A program made the translations under genes and the position numbers. Below, one piece after another: positions 24,340 through 35,320 of a stretch of DNA of 64,000 nucleotides (position 1 is its first letter; every line of letters starts with the position of its first letter). Below the pieces are notes generated by a model. It searched no databases. It was not told where the DNA came from and saw only the letters and a list, made by a program, of their open reading frames with translations. The DNA comes from Blasia pusilla (taxonomy: Eukaryota): NCBI GenBank assembly GCA_050084515.1, contig CM114271.1, positions 9,424,001 through 9,488,000 on the forward strand, in the 5' to 3' direction.

Positions 24340-27300
24340 ATGACGAGGAAAAAATCTCAAGAAAACAAGGCTGGGAGCTTCACTCCCAAGTCCGTGAGGA
24401 CTCCTGCGTCACCATCTCCAGGGCCTCGTTCAGCCAATGAGATAAGGCAGCAAGAAATCGAGGAGCGGGAAAGGGAAGCGGAGATGCACAAGCAAGAGCT
24501 TCTTGCAAAACGTGTCTGAGGCGCTCGATAAGCGTAACGAGAGGCCGTGGCGTCGCGCAGCCTTGAAGAAAAGGGTTGATTTAAAAGCGAAAAAAGCGTC
24601 TGACGCCGCGTCGGTGAGAGCGAATTGGCTAAAGCTCGGAGGGAAAAATAAATAGCCATTGAAGAAAGCCTTGCTTGTCCAACCGAAAGTGTTGAGATGC
24701 GGGAAATGTCCCCGATGAAGTCTGGGGACACAATCAATATAGCGGAAACGGCCGAAGTTCAAGTCACGGACGATGAGGTCATGAGGACCGCCAGCGTGGA
24801 GATGGTGGACATCGCTGAAGAAGCAGGAGAGTGGTCATCCTCGTCTCTAAGCCCGGTGGAAGAAATCGACCTCTATCGGATCGAAGAGTTTCCAGTGGAC
24901 TTGCCAATTGCTATCTCAGAGCAGTTGGCTGGCCAAGACACCGACCCAATCTTCGAGCGGGTAAGAGAGGATCTGTGTTTTTTGAATTATGTGAAGGTCC
25001 ATGTTGCAATTCATTGGCAATTCAGTGTAGCTTATTGATCTTGTCCCCGTCGTGACAGGTGGTAAAGCAGATGGCACTGATGGAGGGCCACAACGCCCCG
25101 AGAATTCCACTCTGCCGATTGCGGACAATGGAGTACGTCCGAGAAATTCAGTCTGACGAGGATATTGCGAAGCTCAAACAATCGGCAGCGACAACATCCT
25201 ACGTCGACAACTTCCCTCCGTTCTATGTTCAGCCTTACGATGACCATGGAACCCAAGCGCTGGTTACGGAGGAGGACTTGGAATCGCTCGACATATTCTG
25301 GAGGATGAGAGATTAGGAATTTAGAAGGGCGATAGAGGGGACGGAATTCAGCTGGATGAGGAACCTGTATTTCTTCATCTGGGATGGAAATCACAGGTTC
25401 ATGGCGTGGAAAAAGTTTGCAGAGGAGCGCCCAAACTCCTTGGAGGCACATTTTTGCGTGAAGGCAGTGGTCCTTCATCCATACCCTCATCACATGGTGA
25501 CGGTGGAGATGGCCATGCATGCCATGAACACGTAAGTTTCTTCTTGCTGCAAATCGTCGGACTCCGACAAGTTGTTCGAGTCGCCACTATTTTTGGGATG
25601 TTTTTGGCCAAAAGCAACTCGTCGGACTCCGACGAGTTGCTCAACTGATCACTGGTTTAGGATGTTTTTGGCCAAAAGCAACTCGTCGGAGTCCGACGAG
25701 TTGTTCGACTGACCACAGGTTTAGGATGTTTTTGGCCCAAAGCAACTCGTCGGACTCCGACGAGTTGCTCGACTGGCCGCATTCTTTGGATGTATTTTGA
25801 AGAAAGACACTCGTCGGAGTCCGACGAGTTGCTTGACTCCCCACATTTTTTGGATGTTTTTTGAAGAAAGCAACTCGTCGGAGTCCAACGGGTTGCTTGA
25901 CTCGAAGCTGTCTTTGGAGGTTTTTGGATGTTTTTGGCCAAAAGCAACTCGTTGAAGTCCGACAGGTTGCATTCGGAAGTTGGGAGCTACATTCTTGGCA
26001 TCAAATTGCAGCTTTCATTGAAATTGCGCAACCTGTCGGACTCTGACGGGTTGATATGTTCACTTTTGATATGGACTATCTGATAACCCGTCGGAGTCCG
26101 ACGGGTTGAAACCAGAAAATCACAAATCTGAATGCAATCCGTGGGACTCCGATGGGTTGCAAAATTTAGCTCGTTGCTACAATCCGTCCTTGAGCTATGA
26201 CAACCTCTCGAAGTCCGACGGGTTGCAGGAACCCATGTATGTTACAAAATTTCTTATATTGAGTTTGGATGTGCAAGATTGTATCGGAGGGGAATGTCAC
26301 GCACCACTGGATCCAGGATTGCGATCGGGTGAAGAAAGTGCTAACGACGCACCCGGCAGAGTACAAGGGGTTCTTGGGCGACGCCCTTGTAAATGAGATG
26401 CTGGCAAAGGGTGCACAAATCAAAAAGAAGACTTGGGCAAATAAATTTATTTCCCAAGATGCAAACCATCACAATCCTTTCTTTGTCGTCGAAGATACAG
26501 GCCGCCAAGAAGAGCGCGCATTGAGTGGAGCGGAGGGAGAAAGTTTACGTATGCGAGCATGCAAAATTCATCCAAGCTGCGCAGTATCTCTGACTCACGA
26601 AGTACCACGACAAGCAAGATGACACTACATCGCCATTCTCAACCTTGAACTTGGTCTGGATTTCTACAAGGAGCTGAAGGCGATTATCAAGCGCGAGCGG
26701 AAAAGGGATGAAGATCCGCAAGGTCGGATTGGGGAGAAAGTGTCTCTCGATCGCGTGCATTGATTTTCCTTGTCTGGAATAAGCAAATTTAGGAGAATAC
26801 GACTGATGAAAATCAGTCTTGAGGGCACAGAGGCCCAAAAGAGGGTGGCACACCATCCTTCGGGTGTCTCTAATCCAGTGATCTCCCACTGGCTTCGCGA
26901 ATGGTCATTCTGGGACGTATTGCGGCTTGTCGGGAAGTCCATGCTTGTGGGTCTCCAAGCGGAGCTGAAAAGAATAGAGCCACTTCCAGAGGAAGAAAAC
27001 CTCGAGAATGCTGATGATTTTGAACTTAGGCTTGATGACATCCATAAAAAACCCAGGTTTCAGGACTATGTTCAAGGAATGCATCCTCCCTCAGGCAGAC
27101 CTTGACAAATAAATCGAGGTGAAAAAAAGGCATTTCGCAAAGAAGAAGCGAGATCTTCATGAGCAGGCGGCCGATGCATCTCGAATAAGAGTTGCCCAAC
27201 GCATGGTGTTCAGGTACCTCGTCCATTGTGAGAATGCAGGTACATGGCAAAAAATACCGGCAGCCTACAAATTGTGGGCTTCTCCGCCTGATGGAGAGAC

Positions 27301-28334
27301 ATATTCCATGTACGACACGGAGATGGCTCAAAGCATGTACGATTGGGAGGTGGAGAATTGCCCGATTTGGCTGGACTTCAACGACCCTGAGGACATAACC
27401 GAGAAAGATCTACGCCTGCTTTATGATGCAGTGGCCGCAGATAGGGACGACATCCCCAATTTTGTGCAGCTTGACTTAATTGAGAGCAACCCGTCGGAAC
27501 CCAACGGGTTGCAGGTGGTAATGCGTTTTCTGTGTGTTTCTGGAATGATGCAATCCTTCCGAAAGCGACAGGTTGCTCTCAGCCAACCATGGGCTGCTCT
27601 TAGCCAGCAACCTGTCGCCTTCCGACGGGTTGCTCATGGACAAAAACAACCCATCGGACTCCGACAGGTTGCTCCACTGTTAGGATTATAGCGAAGTTCT
27701 CTAGGGTTAAGCAAAGTTGTTTGGGGACGTGTTGCACATTATGTCACCATACTGAAAGTAGACCAGTGGTCAAGTAGCTCTTTCTTGGTGCTGACATTGT
27801 TTCCAATGTGCATCTTTACAGATGGACCACTCCTATGTTTACTGCTTTGTTCGGCCCGAGCACAACTTCCAGGTGTTTAAGATCCTGGATCATGTGGATC
27901 CATGCTCCGATGGGTACAGCTTAGATAGTTTATACAATTACCCCCCGGGAATTTACATGCAAGACGGTACCCCCTTACTTGGAGGAAGGGAAAATTTGCC
28001 AGCCCTGATGCAAACGCTCATCGAGCTCTCCTCAAGGCCGGGTGACCTGGTGTTCGACTTAGTGGGTCTTTCAGGGGTGAGTATCAGAGGCATCTGGCAT
28101 AGTGGCAGGAACATTCTCTGCCTTGAGGGAAGGCAACAACTATTGGACCTTTGCAAGGAGGCAAAGGCAGATTACGACATGCTATTTGGGGCGTACAACT
28201 CTCCTCCGAAGCCGAGAGCTCTGGTTCCAGACCCACCATTGGTAGTGACACCATCGTCACTTCCCACGATTCCAAATATCGGGAGGGCAAGGCCAACAGT
28301 AAAATTGCAAGAGCTATCGGACGATGACGAGTGA
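24340..28334 (+). pseudogene. ParB/Srx-domain plus beta-class N4/N6 DNA methyltransferase-like gene, copy B (exons ~24340-24960, 25059-25531, 26278-27470 truncated, 27822-28334)
   Basis: Exon 2: IPLCRL...VREI...IAKLKQS...PPFYV...FFIWDGNHRFMAW. Exon 4: GGRENLPALMQTLIELSSRPGDLVFDLVGLSG...GRNILCLE. Intron phases match. Confidence 0.8.
25540..26230. repeat. Tandem ~64-bp units, each with a 27-bp palindrome (ParB-MTase intron 2)
   Basis: GCAACTCGTCGGACTCCGACGAGTTGC at 25614-25640 and 25742-25768; near-perfect copies at ~25678, ~25807 and ~25870. Confidence 0.9.
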
Positions 28335-28390
28335 GTTCAAAGAACTCAAGGACCCAGCTTGACTGCAACGTTTGGAGTAGGGATTTATTT

Positions 28391-29520
28391 GATGACGAGG
28401 GCAAAAGAATTCATAGAATAGATCAAATGTACAATTCCGAGCTTCTTTTGGATGTAATAAAGGACAAATTTTTTTCGAACGATGGTGGTGTTTCTTAAAG
28501 TTTGTTGAATATCTTTTATGTCTTTTCGAATGTGATCATCTATGTACTTCAAAGATTTCTATTTTGCAACCCGTCGGATTTCCACGGCTTGCAACTTTTC
28601 ACTTTTTGACTAGTGCACCTTTTTAACCACTTCCAGGCAACCTGTCGGATTTCGACAGGTTGGCTCCGTGAGTGATCGGACTCTTTCCCTGTTGGTCCAA
28701 CTTTAGAGGCAGTCTGGCGGGCTTCTTCACTTTGGCACCTTCCCCTAGTATCGTCAAACAAGACGTAGGCTTCTTCTCTTCTCTCAGACGTGTTGGATTC
28801 CTACTACTTGTGGGATTGCCATTATGGTATTTCCAAGGACGGAGCACATATTGATACTGGATGGGTGTCACATTGCAGAGCGTACAAGATATACTGCCGA
28901 GGAAGGCGGTGGGACTCAAATCAGGTTACATGGGACCGTTATGGTGTACCTAAGGGGGGGGGGCCAAGGCTCTCAAATTCACCAACATTTTCAATCCCTA
29001 TCTACAATCGGCCAGAGGAGCCACTTGTATCCCAGGACATTCCTTTTGTATAGGAACCTAGGAGAGTTAGGAGTAAATTTGTAGATGACGAGGCTGAAGA
29101 AATCATAGACTAGATCGAATGTATATTTCTGAGGTTCCTTCGGAGGTAATAAAGGACGAGATTTTTTCAACCGATAATGGTGTTTGTAAAAGTTTATTGA
29201 ATTTTTTTTTTGGACTTGTGGATTGTGTTTGTCTAGCTACTCAGAATGTTTATTTTGCAACCCGTGTGATTCCGACGTGTTGCAACTTTTCACTTTTTCA
29301 CCACTGCAACTTTTCAACCATTTCCGGCAAAAGTCGCCGGTTCAGCGGGTTGGTCGCTTGAGTGGTCGGACTCTTTCCCTGGTAGACCAAATTCTGAGGC
29401 ATTGTGGCGGGCTTCTTCACTTTTGGCTCATTCCCCTAGTATCGTCAAACCAGTCTTAGGCTTCTTTTCTTCTCTAAGACGTGCTGGATTCCTATAACCA
29501 GTCGGATTGCCATTTCGGAT
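28391..29520 (+). repeat. Internal ~440-bp duplication (period ~690 bp) downstream of the MTase gene
   Basis: 28391-28830 resembles 29084-29520; the same arrangement is present in copies E and F. Confidence 0.7.
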
Positions 29521-30195
29521 TCCCAAACAGTTGAATTTTTGTAGGTACAGGGTGGAATGGAATCACTTCTCAAAATCTTTCCTTTGTTATGGTGAGAATG
29601 CTTGCAAGGGGTGCAAGCCATCTAATTCCGACGGGTTGCAAGAGTTGGAACCTGTAAAATTCCGACGGGTTGGGAGGGGTGGAGCATCTCAGTTTATCAG
29701 ATTTAGGATCTGAATGAAGGGACATCAGTTTCTCTTTACTCCAGACAGCTAACAATCTTTTGGTTTAATTATCGTCTCATGTGTTGAGATGAGATTGCAA
29801 CTTCTGGTCACATTATTTGCCAATGGTCATTAAAAAAAAATAGCCTTGGGCACAGCTTATTGTAGATTGAGATTGGCAATGTGAAAAAACTTGGGCTCAT
29901 ATGGAGAGTGATAGGAAAATGTTTGTAGTGGTCTTATGATGTCTACTACTTTTTAGCCCCCTGCAAAATGGAAGTTTCTTTAGGCCCGAACGTGGACCAC
30001 TACCTACTCTCTTCTAAAGATTTCATGAATTTGAAAGCAAACAAAAATTTCAAATATGTCAAAAAGTATTGAAGAGAGGAGGCGGATTTGGCCCTTTTTT
30101 TGAAGAGAGACTCTCCTCTCTTCCTCTCTTCCTCTCTTACTCTCTTCCTCTCTTCCTCTCCTCTCTTCCTCTCTCATGCCAGAATACCAGCCCTC

Positions 30196-33100
30196 GACAC
30201 CACACCTGATCCTACCAAGAAGCAATAACCTAAAACTGATCTTCAAGAATCTGAATCTCTTGCCCAATCCGAGTCACAAAAACCTGTCATTTCGGTCCCT
30301 ACTCCATAGGTGGTGCCAAACTCAATAGTGTCTTTGATGTACTTCAACACACACATCCGTGCCTTCCAATGGTTCTCAAGAGGCTTAGTTGAGAACCTAC
30401 TCAACACTCCCACAACGAACCTAATGTCTAGTCTAGTGTTACACAAAAATATCAAACTGCCTACAAGCTTTCTGTACAACTTTTCATCTCCCAATGGTGA
30501 AACATCCTCCATCGAGAGTTTCAACTCTACCTCCATTGGCGAGACCACTGCCTTACACTCGGTCATCCCGAATGCCTTCAAGATTTCTCTAGCATACTTT
30601 TGCTGAGAGAGAATAATAGAATCTGACAGTTGCCAAATCTCTAGCCCTATAAAATAGTGCAAAAGACCTAAATCTGACATTTCAAACTCAGATTTCAACA
30701 CTCCCTTCATTTCCTCTATTTTATTACTAGGGTCTCTTGTGATGATCAAATCATCCACATACAGGACTATCAACATATACATCCCATCTTCGCAAAACAC
30801 ATACAAATTTGCTTCTGACGGACTCTTGATGAGACCCTTCTCTCAGAAGAATGTATCTATTCGTTGATACCATACCCTTGGGGCTTGCTTCAACCCATAC
30901 AATGCTTGATGAAGTAAACACACTTTCTCTTCTGATCCGGGTGTCTCAAAACCAGGTGGTTGAGATACATATACCTCCTCCTTGAGATTCATGTTCAGAA
31001 AGGCAGACTTTACATCATATTGGTATACATGCCAACGTCTTGTTCCTGCAACCGCTATAACAATTTGAATGGTTATCATCCTTGCAGCAGGAACCAAAGT
31101 CCAGTACTAGACACAATCACAAGGTGGTGATGGTGGAAATCGTTGGGGTCGAGGTCAGCAGTAGAGGGTCCTTGGATCTTGCAATTACTGTGAGATAAAG
31201 GGTCACTATGCAAAGTTTTGCTTCAAGAAAGAGGCAGATATGAGAACATGAGCCTTACAACAACAAAACTATGTGGAGCAACAACACCAAGTGTGGAACC
31301 ATACAATGCTCGATGAAGTAAACACACTTTCTCTTCTCATCCGGGTGTCTCAAAACCTGGTGGTTCAGATACATACACCTCCTCCTTGAGACTCCCATTC
31401 AGAAAGGCATACTTCACATCGTATTAGTATACATGCCGACGTCTCGTTCCTACAGCCGCTTCAACAATTCGAATGGTTGTCTATTGCGCCCCTACTCTCC
31501 TTGAACGTCAATCTTTAGTGTTGCGGAAGCGTGCGTTCAGTAGGTCACGAACTCATCGCCGATTTGCACCCAAACACGCACTCTCGTTAGTCAGGTTTGG
31601 CCAACCGGCGTTCCAACCCACCGAGTCCTCAACTCGGCGTCTCATCAAGCTCAACCTTCCTTAGTTCCTAGCTTCCAAAACATGGCAAGTCCTTCAAGAC
31701 TTGGAACAGACTTCCTGGTTAGTCCAGGGATCTGAAACGGCACCTGCGCGCCTAGCGATCCCAACTGTTCAACGGTCCTCGGGTGAGTTCCAAACCGAGA
31801 CCCAAGTAATTGAGTCACGGTATGAAATCCAAGAGGGATGTCTAAAATAGCCTCAATGGACTTGGTGCAAGTTTTCCAACCCAACGCCCAAACTCGCGTT
31901 CCGTTCCATGCCCTTGAGCCGCCCCGCGGCGCCCAAAGTGGGATTTGAGTTCCAAGCACTCTCGAAGACCTTCCCCCTTACTAGTACTTCTAGGGTTCTC
32001 CAATAACCCCTCCCCTTTGAAAAAAGAGGGTCGGGCCCTTCATTGTGGCCCTCAACCTGACTCCACTTACAATCGTTTTTGGATTGTATCTCGGCCGCTG
32101 CTTATGCGTTTGCAGCGATCTTTAGTGCGTTTGGATTGACTCTCCCTAAGCTTTCCAACGCACCCTTATTTGCTCCAAATGCATCTTGGCGCTAAAAGTT
32201 ATGGCCATAAATACAGTCGGAAACTCTCAAACGCTAGTGGCGTTCCAAATCCGGATCTTCCCTTTGGCAACCCACTTCCTAGACTCGACTTCTTTCAAGT
32301 CTCATTACGCATTTGGTCCAGGTTTCTCAATCGCGACCATAACACCTGAAACGCAACTCCTTGCTCGCGTCTCGTCTCTTGTCTCCTCTTTGAGACAAGT
32401 CCAATGCGCAAACCAGCTTAGCGTGAGCCTGCTAATGTTCCGATGTTTCGCTTGGCACTTGTTTGGTCATGAGGGTCGCGACATTGTCATCCTTGCAGTA
32501 GGAGCAAAAGTCTCATAGTAGTCAAAACCTTCGATTTGTGAGCATCCTTGTGCAACCAACCTTGCTTTGAATTTATCCAATGTACCGTCCAACTTGTACT
32601 TGGTCTTGTACACCCACTTGGTGCGTATTATCTTCCTGTCCTTTGGGTTCTCAACCAAAGTCCAAGTTTCATTTCTCTGAATAGCGTCCATCTCCATCTG
32701 CATGGCCTCTCTCCATTGAGGATGAGCAAGGGCCTCATCGAAGCATGATGGCTCTTCCACCTTCAAGATCTATGTCATCAAGGCCATGTTGACGAGATGT
32801 GCGGAAGCTCTATTTTGCTCCTCTAGTCTCTTGGATCTCCTTGGATGTGTAGCAACTTCATCAGTTGTTGGTGGATCCTTACCATCCAAGAGTTGCTTTA
32901 TCCACTTAGGGTATGACCATTGAAGTGGAAGAGCACGATGCTCTTTGTAATCATCACCAAATTCTTCTTCTTGATGATCTAGTGTAAACATTGGTGGTAT
33001 GCTCTGGTGGGTTATCTCTTCGTTTGATGATAATGTGGACGGACCACTAATATCCGCCACTTGACGAGGTTGTTCCTAGAACACCGCATCACGACTCACA

Positions 33101-35248
33101 AGCATCTTCTTTGCCTCAGGACACCATAGGCGATAAGCTTTAGACTCATCATTGTATCCCATAAATATGCACTTCCTGCTCTTGGACTCCAACTTGGTCC
33201 TAGATGCTTCAGGATTATGTACAAAGCACTCACTACCAAAAGTGCTGAAATGTTGGACTGATGGTACCTTACATGAGTATGATTGATGAGGAGTCATGCC
33301 TTGCACTGACTTGGTAGCACTTCTATTTAGAATGTAAATGGCAGTATTAACAACTTCAGCCCAAAATCCTTTTGTCAAACCTTTTGCTTTCATCATACAT
33401 CTTGCCATCTCCACCATTTTACGGTTTCGACGCTCAAAAACTCCTTTGTGGTGTATGTGCCGTGGTTAACTGTCGCTTGATTCCATGCTCCCCCAAATAT
33501 TTGTTGAATTTTGTTGATAAGAATTCTCCTCCTTGATTGGTGCGAAGCTTCTGTACCTTCTTTCCTGTCCCATTCTCAACCAGCTTGTGCCATACTTTAA
33601 ATTTTCCAAAAACACTTGCCTTATCACAAATGAAATATACCCACATCTTCCTACTATAATCGTCGACAACTAAAAAGAAGTAGGAAGAACCACCTAATGC
33701 CACTGTTCTCATTTTACCACAGAGGTCAACATGAATCAGCTCTAGAGGAGCCTTTGCTCTATTGCTGGACTCTTGTGGAAATGGTTGTCGGTGTTGCTTG
33801 CCCATCATACAAGCTTCACATGTATCCGACACTCCATAAATTGTTGGTAAATCAACAACCATGCCAGATTTCTGCATCTGACTTAGTAAGGGAAAGCTTA
33901 GGTGACCAAATCTTTCATGCCACAACTTACTGCTACTAAGATCTGTATCTACACTTGTCATGAAAGCACATAACTCATAGATATTTCCACGTCGTATACC
34001 TTCATCCAATACTTTCCCATTGGCATCCTCAATGACTGCTCCGGTTTTCTTGAAACAAACTTCTAGGTCACGATCACATAATACAGCTACTGAAATCAAA
34101 TTTCGCTTCAACTGTGGTATGTACAATACATTAGTTAACTTCTTTTCATCTCCTTTTTGAAAGACTAAAGAAATTGTGCCTTTCCCTTTTACATGGCACT
34201 TTGCATTATTTCCAACAGTAACAACGATGGGCTCCTGAAGAGGCTGTAAGGAGCTATACCAATCCTTATGATTGGTCATATGCTTAGATGCTCCACTATC
34301 GAGCACCCATGCATCTTGACTCTTTGACTTAGTGGAACGTTCTGCCTATATGCAAAACTCTTCGATTGCTACCCAAGCATCTACTTCATGTTCTCCTAGT
34401 TCTACAGAATTTCCAGACTCCTTCTTAGGTCTTAAAAAACAGTTCTTCTCATCCTGACTCCTCTTTCTACAATCTTTGATAAGATGACCTAGCTTACCAC
34501 AATAAAAGCGTTTGAAGGCTTTCCTTGGAAATTTCTTCTTGACATTTGAACTCAAATCCTGATTTCTACCTCTCTGTACGTTGGCAGTAAATGTTGCATT
34601 ACTTCCTTCTCTTGCTTTAAAGCGCATTTCCTCTTCTACCAACATTGCACTAAATTGTTCAAAAGTAAGCGGCGTGGGTCTTACTTGAGTATTCAATGCA
34701 GTGACCAAACTGTCATACCTTGGAGGCAAAATCCCTATGCACTGACGTGCCAAATCTTCGCTAGACTTTGAAATTCCTACGGACGCCATCTGATCTTGAA
34801 GATTCTTGATCCTTGTCAAAAATTGCTCCGCGCTTTCTCCTTCTGAAAATTTCTCGGACGTAAGCTGATTCTCCAGATTTTGAATCCGAGTCTCGTTCCT
34901 CGTTTCATACTGATTATTCAGAATGTTCCACGCCTCAATAGCAGTGGTTGTATGTTGAATGAGAGTCATGATAGAATCAGTTACATTCATGACAATTACA
35001 TATAGAGCATGAGCATTTCTACGTTTCCATGCCAGCAATACAATAGGATCGATATTCCCAGATAAAGATGAATATGCAGAACTCAAAGTAGCTTGTGGAT
35101 TCAAATCGACCCCTGTGGCCGTCTCCCAGATCTCAAATGATTCGAGGACAGTTCTCATTTTGAACTTCCACAATGTATAGTTAGACCCATCTAACTTCCC
35201 TTCACTCAGCGGAGGAGGGCGAGCACGAACTGACGAAGAAGTAACCAT
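30196..35248 (-). pseudogene. Copia gag-pol polyprotein, disrupted
   Basis: LDGSNYTLWKFKM; knuckle FYCGKLGHLIKDC; LDSGASKHM; LWHERFGH; VVDDYSR; KARLVAQG; LYVDDLII; FCDSDWA. Confidence 0.93.
31482..32483 (-). repeat. Solo LTR of the Gypsy 1 family inside the Copia RT
   Basis: Homologous to 5212-6214; 5-bp target-site duplication TTGTC at 31477-31481 and 32484-32488. Confidence 0.93.
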
Positions 35249-35308
35249 CTCTCAAGATTTTGTGCAAACACACTAGGTTGCCAGATACAAAATACTGGAA
35301 AACCTATT

Positions 35309-35320
35309 GCTCTGATACCA
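35309..35320 (-). promoter_or_regulatory. Copia primer-binding site (initiator Met tRNA)
   Basis: TGGTATCAGAGC directly adjacent to the LTR. Confidence 0.9.

Larger units (their letters stand above)
18283..30195 (-). mobile_element. MULE-like ParB-MTase DNA transposon, copy B: both termini present (~11.9 kb), with an internal deletion in MTase exon 3
   Basis: Left end GAGGTTCGTAAGAGGAGAG...; transposase on -, ParB-MTase on +; right end ...CTCTCATGCCAGAATACCAGCCCTC. Confidence 0.88.

Noticed and set aside
23442-24440. Overlapping 100-250-aa ORFs with ATRRSPT/NPSESDGL/QPVGLRRV repeats (also near 6149-6484, 11100-11650, 14322-14800, 41086-41544 and 62221-62604)
   Set aside because: These are translations of the stop-poor palindrome in all six frames, not genes.
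25540-26000. CRISPR-like array (27-bp palindromic repeats with ~37-bp spacers)
   Set aside because: The spacers are homologous to each other, no cas genes are present, and the array lies in a spliceosomal intron of a eukaryotic transposon.
24340-28334. Bacterial plasmid or phage contamination (ParB partition gene, restriction-modification MTase)
   Set aside because: The gene has phase-consistent GT-AG introns and a TATA box, LTRs with target-site duplications are inserted in it, and there is no parA or restriction endonuclease.
29119-29230. F-box-like peptide ISEVPSEVIKDEIF...VCKSL
   Set aside because: The spacing is too short for an F-box, and it lies just after a candidate stop in AT-rich duplicated sequence; it is probably chance.
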